A model generated the notes under the pieces. That model was not told where the DNA came from, made no database searches, and saw only the letters and a program-made list of their open reading frames with translations. A DNA stretch of 64,000 nt from positions 36,997 to 100,996 of the forward strand of contig CAMVLM010000001.1 of the NCBI GenBank assembly GCA_947168335.1, given 5' to 3'. Made by a program: the position numbers and the translations under genes. The DNA is from an uncultured Butyrivibrio sp. Lineage in GTDB: Bacteria; Bacillota; Clostridia; Lachnospirales; Lachnospiraceae. Positions 1 to 9,387 of the stretch are shown piece by piece (position 1 is the stretch's first letter; each line of letters opens with the position of its first letter).

Positions 1-191
1 TCCTCGGAGTCCTTATCTATGCTTTCCCTCTCCCTATCCATGTTTTCGTGCTGGGTTCTGTAATACTCCTCACGTTCACTGGCAGAAAGGAAATCAAGCG
101 GATCCTGGATTTCAATGTCTATCTCCTCTGTGGTATCCCCGGAAGCTATCTTTTTCCTATAGTCGTCAAAATTTCTGATATTGTCCGCCAA
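1..191 (-). CDS. Hypothetical protein, N-terminal part (runs off window edge)
   Basis: GGAGGAG RBS, TTG start at 191, open frame MADNIRNFDDYRKKIASGDTTEEIDIEIQDPLDFLS... to position 1. Confidence 0.6.
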   Translation of the reverse strand, partial: MADNIRNFDDYRKKIASGDTTEEIDIEIQDPLDFLSASEREEYYRTQHENMDRERESIDKDSE

Positions 192-235
192 AACTACTCC
201 TCCGTCTCAGAAATCTCCCCCTAAAATAAGACATA

Positions 236-267
236 CAACAAATAAGCCCCTCCATGGGAGAGGCTTA
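236..267 (-). terminator. Intrinsic terminator after trxA
   Basis: TAAGCC-CTCC/GGAG-GGCTTA stem followed by T-rich tract on the minus strand. Confidence 0.65.
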
Positions 268-270
268 CTA

Positions 271-594
271 TTATGAAACTACCTTATCAATCATGCTCTG
301 AAGTTTAGCCTTGGTCTGAGCTCCAACTGCAGAATCAACAAGCTCTCCATCCTTTATAAAGGCGAACATAGGAATCGACATAACTCCGTATTTCTGAGCA
401 ATTTCGGGTTGCTCATCAACGTTGATCTTGCCGACCTTAAGCTCTCCATCATATTCCTTGGCAAACTCATCAATCATGGGTGCCATCATCTTACATGGTC
501 CGCACCAGTCAGCCATGAAATCAATAAGAACCGGCGTTTTGCTGTTAAGAACTTCTTCTTCAAAGTTCTGTGTCGTGAAAGTGTACTCAGCCAT
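271..594 (-). CDS. trxA: Thioredoxin
   Basis: WCGPC active site, 107 aa, cis-Pro motif SIP. Confidence 0.96.
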   Translation of the reverse strand: MAEYTFTTQNFEEEVLNSKTPVLIDFMADWCGPCKMMAPMIDEFAKEYDGELKVGKINVDEQPEIAQKYGVMSIPMFAFIKDGELVDSAVGAQTKAKLQSMIDKVVS

Positions 595-646
595 CGTTCA
601 CCTCTTTCTGCGATACCCGGGTATCGCTTGCTTGATTTTTAGTAAC

Positions 647-1285
647 TTACCTTTTGATAATATATTTGAAGATCGGATTTCCCTTGGAAGAGAACCTCTC
701 CTCGTATTCTGTCATTATGTTACCTTCATTCATAGCACTGTCATTATGAAGATCAAATGTTACAGCCTCTGCATGCCAGCCTGCTGTATTAAGTTCCATC
801 AGCGAAAAATCAAATAATTCCCTGTTGTCCGTTTTAAACTCAAGCTGACCGTCGGGCTTTAATATCTGATCGTATCTTCTGAGGAAAGTACTTGATGTAA
901 GCCTTCTCTGTGCGTGCCTCTCCTTGGGCCACGGATCAGAAAAATTGAGGTAGATTCTGTCAACCTCACCCTCTTCAAAAACCTCTGTGAGAATCTCTGC
1001 TTCCATACGGATAAATCTTACATTGGAAAGTTCTCTTTCCGTCTGCTTCTGAACTGCTCTAAGCAGTACACTGGAATATTTTTCAATTCCCACATAATTG
1101 ATATCGGGATTAGCCTCGGCCAGATCCATGATAAATCTGCCCTTACCTGTTCCAACCTCAATCCTTATGGGATTATCGTTCTCAAAAACTTCATTCCACT
1201 TACCCTTGTGTTCCTCAGGAACATCAATGGTATATTTACTCTCTGCAATCCTTTCTCTGGATCCGGCTATATTTCTCAACCGCAT
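647..1285 (-). CDS. trmB: tRNA (guanine-N7)-methyltransferase
   Basis: EVGTGKG SAM motif, LNFSDPWPK, FKTDN, TEYEERF. Confidence 0.96.
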   Translation of the reverse strand: MRLRNIAGSRERIAESKYTIDVPEEHKGKWNEVFENDNPIRIEVGTGKGRFIMDLAEANPDINYVGIEKYSSVLLRAVQKQTERELSNVRFIRMEAEILTEVFEEGEVDRIYLNFSDPWPKERHAQRRLTSSTFLRRYDQILKPDGQLEFKTDNRELFDFSLMELNTAGWHAEAVTFDLHNDSAMNEGNIMTEYEERFSSKGNPIFKYIIKR

Positions 1286-1419
1286 TCGTAAAACTACCTT
1301 TCAATGATATATATGGATTAATGATACACCAAGTACGCATAATTGAAAAGATTTGCGGCCTACTCTTTGTTTTTCTTCCCTTTTAGTTTATCATAAATAG
1401 GCAGAATGGAGAAGAAAAA

Positions 1420-2832
1420 TTGAGACACGTACAATTTAAAAACCTTTTAACTATGCTGTTTTCAGCATTAATATTGATAAACTTAAACATTACCTGTCTT
1501 GCAACTGATCTTGATGAAGCCGCACAGCTTCGTAAGCAGCTCCCCATCCAGAGTAACGAGATATCCGGATGGCCGGAAGGGCCTGAAATAAGTGCTGAAG
1601 CTGCTATACTCATGGATGTGAATACAGGCACTATTCTCTATGCCAAAAATATTCACGAGGAGCTTTACCCGGCAAGTACAACCAAGATCATGACCTGCCT
1701 TCTTGCAGTAGAAAATGCAAGCCTGGATGACAAAGTAACTTTTACCTATGACGCAATACACTCAGTTCCCGCTGACGGATCAAATATTGGTATCGATGCC
1801 GGTGAATATCTGTCCTTGGAGGAATGTCTCTACGGAATAATGGTAGGAAGTGCCAACGAGGTAGCAAACGCTGTGGCAGAGCATGTAAGCGGTTCAGTCA
1901 GTGCCTTCGTTGATCTGATGAATGAAAAGGCAAAATCACTTGGCTGTACCAACACTCACTTTGCAAACACCAATGGTCTTCAGGATTCAAATCACTACAC
2001 AAGTGCCTATGACCTTGCACTTATTTCGAAGGAATTCTTTTCAAATGAACTGCTGTGCCGGGTGGGAAATACTCCGAGATATCATTTCACACCATCCGCA
2101 GGACAGCCGGATGACTTTTATCTTAATAACAAGCACAAACTTATAAATGGTGAGATTCCTTACACCGGAATTGCCGGAGGAAAAACAGGTTATACTGATC
2201 TGGCAAGGGAAACCCTTGTTACCTGCGCAGAGAGAGGAAACATGAAGCTTGTCTGCGTTGTGTTTAAAGAGGAATCTCCCTCACAGTTTACTGATACTGT
2301 CACACTGTTCGATTATGGATTCAACAATTTCAAAGCTGTTAATGTAAAGAGCGAAGAAAAAGGCTATATACCTGAAAGTAATTCATTCTTCTCTTCAGGC
2401 AAAGATATCTTTGGAAGCTCCTACACAGTGCTCGAGTTCTCCAAGTCAGATTATGTATGTCTTCCTCAGAATGCTTCACTGGAAGATACAACATCAACTG
2501 TATCCTATGATGTGGATAGTGCTTCCGAAAATGGTGCAGTTGCGGTTATCAACTATTTCTACAATGACACTCCTGTGGGATGTGCACATGTGGTTGTTTC
2601 GGAAGGCGCAGCTCAGGCGGAGAAGTCTTCTTCAGAAACTGACGAGAGAGTGATTTACATCAATATTAAAAAATGGCTCACCGCATTTATAATTGGCGGA
2701 GGCATTCTAATAGCGATCATTTATATCAGTGCTCTTATCTCCACTTATTCCTTCGGAGGAAGCAAGGCAGACAGAAAGCGCCTGAACCGAAGGAAAAAGG
2801 AAGCCCGCAAGAGAAACGGACCAAGATTCTGA
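1420..2832 (+). CDS. D-alanyl-D-alanine carboxypeptidase (peptidase S11), C-terminal membrane anchor
   Basis: Signal peptide, SxxK (ASTTK), SxN (SAN), KTG triad, C-terminal TM helix plus basic tail. Confidence 0.92.
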   Translation: MRHVQFKNLLTMLFSALILINLNITCLATDLDEAAQLRKQLPIQSNEISGWPEGPEISAEAAILMDVNTGTILYAKNIHEELYPASTTKIMTCLLAVENASLDDKVTFTYDAIHSVPADGSNIGIDAGEYLSLEECLYGIMVGSANEVANAVAEHVSGSVSAFVDLMNEKAKSLGCTNTHFANTNGLQDSNHYTSAYDLALISKEFFSNELLCRVGNTPRYHFTPSAGQPDDFYLNNKHKLINGEIPYTGIAGGKTGYTDLARETLVTCAERGNMKLVCVVFKEESPSQFTDTVTLFDYGFNNFKAVNVKSEEKGYIPESNSFFSSGKDIFGSSYTVLEFSKSDYVCLPQNASLEDTTSTVSYDVDSASENGAVAVINYFYNDTPVGCAHVVVSEGAAQAEKSSSETDERVIYINIKKWLTAFIIGGGILIAIIYISALISTYSFGGSKADRKRLNRRKKEARKRNGPRF

Positions 2833-2860
2833 TATTAATCCATTTGAAATAAAGCACTCA

Positions 2861-2898
2861 AAAAGGGTAAGGACTTTTCAATCAGTCCTTACCCTTTT
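2861..2898. terminator. Bidirectional terminator between convergent genes
   Basis: AAAAGGGTAAGGACT...AGTCCTTACCCTTTT perfect inverted repeat overlapping the exonuclease stop codon. Confidence 0.8.
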
Positions 2899-3835
2899 TA
2901 TCTCCCAGTCTGTTGGAACTCTTTCGTTCCGACTTCTGTTTCATCTCCTGCATATCCTGCTCAGTGATGAATTTCAGTGTCTTAACAGCATAATACTTGT
3001 CGTGCTCTGTCTTCTTGACTCTGACCTTGGCCTTCATATAGCCATGTTCCTTGCACAGGGATACGCTGTAGAAGTGTTTGCCATTGTTACTGAACCATTT
3101 TACTTTCCTTCTGATGGGATGGTTACACAGATAACATTTCGTTCCCATTACTTCCGGATCTGACAAAAGCTCCTCTTTTGTTTTAAACTCCCTGGAAATA
3201 TACTTGGCATAATGGTCAAATATTATGTGCACTTCCTGATCCTTGGTCTTGGGTGTCACATAGTTGTCAAAGGAATAGTTATAGAAGACCTTCCTGTCCA
3301 GCTCACAGAATATCCTTGCTGTATAATCCGCATCGGACAATGCCCTGTGAAATGCGCTGTCCTTCTCCATTCCGAGGCTTTCTGTGGCATGCTCGAGGGA
3401 TCTTCTCATCTTGCCGTCTTCATACTGAATGCTGAAAAGCTTCTGCACATCATAGAAAGGAAGCGGCCTGTCTGACAAAAGTTCAAGATCAAAGAAGTCC
3501 ATATTCCGCTGAAGCTCTGTAAGATCTAAGGGTCCCCAGGTACAGAATGTAGGATCATCACCGCACCAGGAAAGGAAATCTTTTATTACTGTAACAAAAT
3601 CATCCCCGTCCTTAAGATCATCCATGGAAATATGAATGAGGTCTTCCGTAATTTTATGCATTTTCTTGTAAATCTGGGGACAGATCAGACGGCTGAATTC
3701 TCCGGTCCTATTCCTGTTTTCATCAAGTCGGACTGCTCCGATCTCAATGATCTCAAAGGGGAGAAGCTTACCGTTTCTCTCTTTAACGGTCTTGCCCTGA
3801 TTCCACTCCAGATCGAATACTATATAATTTCCCAT
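2882..3835 (-). CDS. DEDDh 3'-5' exonuclease (KapD/ERI-1-like) with C-terminal Cys/His cluster
   Basis: DLEWN, EIIEIGAV, WGPLD, HRALSDA motifs; CYLC...CKEH putative Zn site. Confidence 0.85.
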   Translation of the reverse strand: MGNYIVFDLEWNQGKTVKERNGKLLPFEIIEIGAVRLDENRNRTGEFSRLICPQIYKKMHKITEDLIHISMDDLKDGDDFVTVIKDFLSWCGDDPTFCTWGPLDLTELQRNMDFFDLELLSDRPLPFYDVQKLFSIQYEDGKMRRSLEHATESLGMEKDSAFHRALSDADYTARIFCELDRKVFYNYSFDNYVTPKTKDQEVHIIFDHYAKYISREFKTKEELLSDPEVMGTKCYLCNHPIRRKVKWFSNNGKHFYSVSLCKEHGYMKAKVRVKKTEHDKYYAVKTLKFITEQDMQEMKQKSERKSSNRLGDKKGKD

Positions 3836-3841
3836 ACCCCT

Positions 3842-3870
3842 ATTATAAACTCACATCACCTATATGCCAA
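3842..3870 (-). promoter_or_regulatory. SigA-type promoter, probably giving a leaderless mRNA
   Basis: TTGGCA-N17-TATAAT ending 6 nt before the ATG at 3835. Confidence 0.6.
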
Positions 3871-3871
3871 A

Positions 3872-6361
3872 TCAGTATTTTAAGGCAGGGGTCCAGTATT
3901 CCTGACCATAGATGTCAGTGAATTTGAAAGTAACAAGAACATCTCCTGTTCCGACACTTACATTTGCGATGTGCATTTCTGACATGGGCTTATCAACTAC
4001 CATCTCTTCTCCAAGATAGTAAGTGTCCTGATACTGCTTATTATAGTCGTAAAAATCCGTCAGGAAATCGATCTTGTCTCCTTCGTTAATCTCTGTCAGG
4101 TTCTTGGCTATGGTTTCTGTTTCACCTTCCACATAATCAAAGGTTGCACCTGCAACATAACCGTCCTCATTTCCTGAATCAAAGATAAGTATAAGGTCAG
4201 CCCTTACGTCATTAAGCATTACAGGCACACGACCCATGATGGCATAGTCGTTTGAATCGCCCTGTGTATCAATTCTCTGATAATGAACCACCTGTCCGTC
4301 AATAGAAATCCAGGTTCTGTCGGAAGGTGCAATGGGATTACCATCCTCATCAAGCTCATAAGAATTATCAAGACCCAGGTCAACATAACCCGTTCCGTCA
4401 TCATAGAAAATATTTATATCAAGATCCTGAATAAGTTCCCACTGGTCTGCAGGCATCTGTATTACATCCTGTCCCTGGGAATTCTCTACCCACATAAGGT
4501 TTTCTTTGTTGAAGCTGTTGTTTGAAATGTAATCAGCAGCCGCCTCCACATCAAGTCCTTTTCCAAGGAAAGCTGTATTAGAAGCATCAAGTCCTGATAT
4601 TCCGCTGACTCCGCTTGTAAGCATTGACCCAAACAGCTGCATGAGAACATCCGCACTGGACGCAGAGGATGAGCCTGTCATTTCTCCAAAAATAGATTCT
4701 GCAGGAGTAGTTGTTCCACCTGCTGCCATCTGGCCTGCTACTTCCATGGAAGCAAAGCTCTGGATACAGTCTGTATAGCTCTTGTCCATTCCAATGGCAT
4801 TATAGGTGCTGACCATGCTATCAACATTACCCGTCTTTTTATAAGGGAAATAAATTGAAAGGCCGTATGCGTTGGTCATTGCTGAACTTGTTTTGTTGTA
4901 TTTGATGCAGCTCTTAAGTGTATTCGCAAGTTCTTCACCCTGGGCAGTTCCCATATTGGATGCAAAATGGATGAGATCCACCTGATCTATTTTTGAGGAT
5001 GAAGCAAATTCCCTTGTCTGTGAACGGGCATTGGATACAGTCTTGTATTCCTTCTGAGAAATCATCTCTGTAGTGGTAGTTGCAAATTGCTTAAGCTCAT
5101 CAGGAACTGTTTTTTCCAGTTCTGCAAGGTCAATAAGTGAAAGAGTTGTCTTCTGACCGCGACAGGTTCTCTCACATTCATCAGTATAAGAATCAATGAT
5201 GCTTTTTCCGATATGAAGGGTATCCATAGAAGGATTCTGTGAATACTCGTTAAGCCACTGTGTATAATACCAGCCGACACCGGGTTCTGTTTCTTCGGAG
5301 GCAATAAGATAGTCTGCGTAATTTGAAACAACAAGAGCATTCTCTACAGTAGCCATGAGGCAGGCATCAAATCCGATAAAATCATACTTAATACCGCCAT
5401 CCTTAAGAGCTTTGTCGATTCCTGAAAGCCCCATGGATCCCTGCCTTGCAAACTTCTCATCATATCCGTAGCCGCTGAGTGATCCGCCGCCGTGATCCCA
5501 GAAAATAAGATCATATCTGTCTGCGGGATATTTTTCAGCAGTCCATTTAATGAAACCTGAAAGGACATCAGGGTCAGTCATGGCTTTGGCACCAAGGTCT
5601 CCCTCAAGTCTCTTTAATCCGCCCTTTTCAACTTTATAGATCTGGTTAGTAGTGCTGGAGATAACATTGTTCTGCCAGTTCTTACAACCACCGGTGTAAA
5701 CAATAATATTGATCCTGTCGGAAAGATCTGCCGCCATCATTTCCTGCAGATCCTTTGTAGCCATTGCGCTTCTGCTCTCAAGATCTGTTCCGCACATGTA
5801 GACCATGATGGTTGTTGTATCTGTTCCGTCACCGTTTATATCTGTGTATCTGTTTCTTATTCCGTCAGCTACATTTTCGTTAAGAATTCCTGTATTTGGA
5901 TCCATGGACCACTGGCTTGATGCCGATCCATAATAGCCGGAACCTCCTCCAAGAAAAGTTCCCAAAAGTGATCCCATACCTGCTGATCCGCTTGTCTGAG
6001 TGGAAACGCCTGCATTGTCACTGTTTGTAGTTGTAGTATTCTGACTTATTGTGGTGTCATTACCTGTAGTTGTTGTCTGAGTCTGTGTATAGGTATCCTC
6101 ACTGCCTCCAAAGTCTCCGAAGAGTCCTCCGAGACCGCCACCTCCCCCAAGGAGAATGACTGCAATTATAATGATGATAGAAAGTGGACTTCTTCCGCCA
6201 TTTCTTGTGGGACCGCCTGTAGAGCCTCCACCACCGCCGGTTGTTTTGCCGGAATATCCATTAGATGATCCGACAGGGCCTGTGCCCAGTCCGTCACCTC
6301 TCTTATGGACTCCGCTTCCACCATCTTCAATGTTTTTCTTTCTTCTTACCGGTTCTGACAT
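3872..6361 (-). CDS. Clostripain-related cysteine peptidase (family C11), N-terminally membrane anchored
   Basis: VYMCGTDLES, WDHGGG (His), FDACLM (Cys), ASEETEP motifs; Gly-rich N-terminus and TM helix. Confidence 0.9.
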   Translation of the reverse strand: MSEPVRRKKNIEDGGSGVHKRGDGLGTGPVGSSNGYSGKTTGGGGGSTGGPTRNGGRSPLSIIIIIAVILLGGGGGLGGLFGDFGGSEDTYTQTQTTTTGNDTTISQNTTTTNSDNAGVSTQTSGSAGMGSLLGTFLGGGSGYYGSASSQWSMDPNTGILNENVADGIRNRYTDINGDGTDTTTIMVYMCGTDLESRSAMATKDLQEMMAADLSDRINIIVYTGGCKNWQNNVISSTTNQIYKVEKGGLKRLEGDLGAKAMTDPDVLSGFIKWTAEKYPADRYDLIFWDHGGGSLSGYGYDEKFARQGSMGLSGIDKALKDGGIKYDFIGFDACLMATVENALVVSNYADYLIASEETEPGVGWYYTQWLNEYSQNPSMDTLHIGKSIIDSYTDECERTCRGQKTTLSLIDLAELEKTVPDELKQFATTTTEMISQKEYKTVSNARSQTREFASSSKIDQVDLIHFASNMGTAQGEELANTLKSCIKYNKTSSAMTNAYGLSIYFPYKKTGNVDSMVSTYNAIGMDKSYTDCIQSFASMEVAGQMAAGGTTTPAESIFGEMTGSSSASSADVLMQLFGSMLTSGVSGISGLDASNTAFLGKGLDVEAAADYISNNSFNKENLMWVENSQGQDVIQMPADQWELIQDLDINIFYDDGTGYVDLGLDNSYELDEDGNPIAPSDRTWISIDGQVVHYQRIDTQGDSNDYAIMGRVPVMLNDVRADLILIFDSGNEDGYVAGATFDYVEGETETIAKNLTEINEGDKIDFLTDFYDYNKQYQDTYYLGEEMVVDKPMSEMHIANVSVGTGDVLVTFKFTDIYGQEYWTPALKY

Positions 6362-6423
6362 AATTCCTCCTCATAATATCTCTAGACTTATGGAATTATT
6401 TTATCACTCCTTCCGGGATTTGT

Positions 6424-8241
6424 TTATTCTCGAACAAGCTCATCCAATGTCAGTATCTCGAATCCTTCAGCTTTACCTTTAAGTTTAATGCTGTCACCAA
6501 GAGAAGTAACTTTTGCCCTGTCTCCAAGGATATCCGCAACTGCTCTTGAAATAAGAATTTTTCCTCCGGGTGCATTGGCTTCAAGACGTGCAGATGTGTT
6601 GACAGTATCTCCGATTGCCGTATAGTCCATTCGAAGAGGTGCTCCGATATTTCCGACAACGGCAGGCCCCCAGTTTACACCGATACCAAAGGAAACAGTT
6701 CTTCCAAACCTCTGCTGCAGCTGTTCTCCAAGGGCTTTTGATCCCTCTACCATATCCATGGCTGCACAGCAGGCAAGATAAACCGGATCTTCCTGAGGAA
6801 GAGGCGCATTCCAGAAAGCCATTGTACAGTCACCTACAAATTTATCCAGTGTTCCATGATTTTTCATGATACATTCAGTTGTAAGTGTCAGATAAGAGTT
6901 GATGATTTCCACAACTGTAGGAGGATCAAGAGCTTCACTCATTGTTGTAAAGCCTCTGATATCGACGAAAAGGACTGCAATATCATAGGTTTTTCCTCCA
7001 AGCTCAAGTGCTGATGTTCCCTGCTCAAGAAGCTGATTCATAATAGCCGGATCAACATAGTGTCCAAAGGTATTGGTAACCATGCGCTTTTCACGCTGAG
7101 ATCTTATGTAGTTCAGAGCAACGGAAACAATGAAAAGTATGGTCACAAAAAGCGGTATCCACAAAACATGAAGGACTATTCCGCCTGCATGGTAGAGAAC
7201 ATAAGCGGCAGCAACATAACCGCAGCATACTGCCAGCTCCGCAATGACAGAGGGCACAACTTTTCTGTCGTAGAAAAACATAAGCATTGAAAAGCTTATG
7301 ATAAACAGAATAATAAGCTGCAGTGTTTTTGAAGCTTCTCTTGGATAAAATCCATTTCTGAAGGCTTCCACCAGATTGGCCTGTATCTCAACTCCGAATG
7401 TGGGAACCGCATGATCAATAGAAGTGCGGTACTCGTCCTGAAGTCCGGATGCATAAGGTCCGATGAGTACAATTTTTCCTGCAAAATAAGAGGGGTCTAC
7501 CTGTCCGTAATAGACATCTGAAACAGAGATGAAATCATAGTACGCACCGCTTTTTCCTGTATAAGGTATGTAGAAAAATCCGCCTGTTGTGTCAGGTTCC
7601 GGGTTTGGTGTTATACCTTTTTCTTCGCAGTACTTTTCATAGATTGTTCTTGAAAATGATTTAATGGGCTCGCCACCGGGAATGTCGATTGATAAAAGAG
7701 CATGTCTTATAATTCCGTCAGCATCTGCCATGGTATTTATATGACCGGTCTTTGTAACGGCAGCAAGTTCGGGATACGGCTCATCCAAAGCCTGAACAGC
7801 TCTGTTATTTACATAAAAGCTTTCTCCGTTTTCAACGATTTCACTTCCAAAGGTTGCAGCAGCTGCAGTGACCACATTACCACCGTTTTCAGCAGTTGCA
7901 GCCAGGTACTGGTCATATTCAGGTATCTCACTTTCTCCCACATAAAGCACGTCAAGAGCAATGACCGCAGGCTTTTCTTCTCCACTGTTAATCATTGCAA
8001 TGGTGTCTGCAATTATGCTTCTCGGCCAGGGCATGGGGCCAATCTCCTCAAGAGCTCTCTGGTCCATTCCTATAACCACAATCTCTCCATCCGTTGCCTG
8101 CTCCTTCTGATAGAGTGCGTCGGAAACCACACCGTCCGGGTTATCCAAAATACCTGTTGCTGCTAAAACCACAAAAAGTATAGCGACAACTAACGCCGCT
8201 ATACTTTTTATTAACATGTCTTTTTTCTTCTTATTATTCAT
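6424..8241 (-). CDS. CHASE2-domain membrane adenylate cyclase (class III)
   Basis: TM-CHASE2 (PWPRS, DADGIIR, GKIVLIG, GVEIQAN)-3 TM-cyclase with FVDIRGFT, DKFVGD, DYTAIGDTVNTSARLE; ATG at 8241 overlaps the upstream stop. Confidence 0.92.
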   Translation of the reverse strand: MNNKKKKDMLIKSIAALVVAILFVVLAATGILDNPDGVVSDALYQKEQATDGEIVVIGMDQRALEEIGPMPWPRSIIADTIAMINSGEEKPAVIALDVLYVGESEIPEYDQYLAATAENGGNVVTAAAATFGSEIVENGESFYVNNRAVQALDEPYPELAAVTKTGHINTMADADGIIRHALLSIDIPGGEPIKSFSRTIYEKYCEEKGITPNPEPDTTGGFFYIPYTGKSGAYYDFISVSDVYYGQVDPSYFAGKIVLIGPYASGLQDEYRTSIDHAVPTFGVEIQANLVEAFRNGFYPREASKTLQLIILFIISFSMLMFFYDRKVVPSVIAELAVCCGYVAAAYVLYHAGGIVLHVLWIPLFVTILFIVSVALNYIRSQREKRMVTNTFGHYVDPAIMNQLLEQGTSALELGGKTYDIAVLFVDIRGFTTMSEALDPPTVVEIINSYLTLTTECIMKNHGTLDKFVGDCTMAFWNAPLPQEDPVYLACCAAMDMVEGSKALGEQLQQRFGRTVSFGIGVNWGPAVVGNIGAPLRMDYTAIGDTVNTSARLEANAPGGKILISRAVADILGDRAKVTSLGDSIKLKGKAEGFEILTLDELVRE

Positions 8242-9373
8242 ACTGAACCACAAATATTTTTCTACTAAAGTTATCAGCTACATAAATCTTATCTCCTCTT
8301 ACGCAGACACCGATTGGTGAGGTAAGCTGCGCATCGGGGGCATCTTCGTCTTTTACTTCAATAGTTGTTACCTGTCCGTCAGCTATTTTTCTGAGGGCTC
8401 CGTTTACTGTATCGGAAACAAAAATCTCTCCGTTATCACCTACTGCCACTCCCATCGGTGATGAGAAGGTTGCTTCTTCAGCGGCTGCGTCATCAAATCC
8501 GACCTCGCCGGTACCTGCTACGACTTCTATATCTTTTTTACTTTTCTTTTCAAATGATATAGAAATTGGAAGCTTAATAATACGGTTTTTACCGGTTTCA
8601 GCAATGTAGAGCTCGCTGTTTTTGTAGCAAAGTCCCATGGGACTATCCAAGCCTTCAATAATTGTTGAAAACTCACCGCTGATATTGATGACACCAATGG
8701 AACCTGAGTGCGTGTCCGATACAAAAAGATTTCCATATTCATCTGTGGCAAGGCCTGTAGGATGGTTATACCTTGCTATTACCTTGCCGGTAAGTTTTTT
8801 GGATACCGCTGCATTAACTGTCTCAACTTTGTCATTCCTGATAAGTCTGAGTGCATCATTATCGGTATCTGAAATTACGAAACCACCAAGGAATGGTGAT
8901 ACTGCCCAGGGGAATCTGAAAAGTGCTTTCGCAGCCTCGCCATCATTATATCCACCAACAGGTTTGTCATAGATATCTACTACACTGTCAGCTCCCGCAA
9001 GTACTTCCACTCCTTCAGAAGTAACTCTCCATACCTTTTTGTAAAAGCTGTCTGTTATAAGAAGATCATCTCCATCCAGAGCAAATCCACATGGCTCCAG
9101 GTTTTCCGGAAGTGCTGACAAATCCAGATCAGGCAGATCTTTTGCCGACTCGGCTTTTGTTTCGGAGTTCTCTGACTGGGCTTCTGTAGTTGATGCATTG
9201 GTTTCCACAGAATCAACGGATGTTTCCTCAGAAGCTGTCTCTTTTGTAGTTACTATTTCTTCCCCATTTGTTGTGTCTGAATTATCCTTGCTGCAGGATA
9301 TAGTAGTACCAAATATTATACTCACCGCAAGTAAACCGGCACTTATTCTATAAAACTTTTTTCTATTAAACAT
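8234..9373 (-). CDS. NHL-repeat beta-propeller lipoprotein
   Basis: Lipobox TISC, Ser/Thr/Glu linker, repeated P-x-G-L/V...D-x-x-N blades (FRFPWAV, HPTGLA, SPMGVAV); RBS favours ATG 9373 (alternative 9388). Confidence 0.82.
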   Translation of the reverse strand: MFNRKKFYRISAGLLAVSIIFGTTISCSKDNSDTTNGEEIVTTKETASEETSVDSVETNASTTEAQSENSETKAESAKDLPDLDLSALPENLEPCGFALDGDDLLITDSFYKKVWRVTSEGVEVLAGADSVVDIYDKPVGGYNDGEAAKALFRFPWAVSPFLGGFVISDTDNDALRLIRNDKVETVNAAVSKKLTGKVIARYNHPTGLATDEYGNLFVSDTHSGSIGVINISGEFSTIIEGLDSPMGLCYKNSELYIAETGKNRIIKLPISISFEKKSKKDIEVVAGTGEVGFDDAAAEEATFSSPMGVAVGDNGEIFVSDTVNGALRKIADGQVTTIEVKDEDAPDAQLTSPIGVCVRGDKIYVADNFSRKIFVVQYE

Positions 9374-9387
9374 TTTTCCCTCTATCA

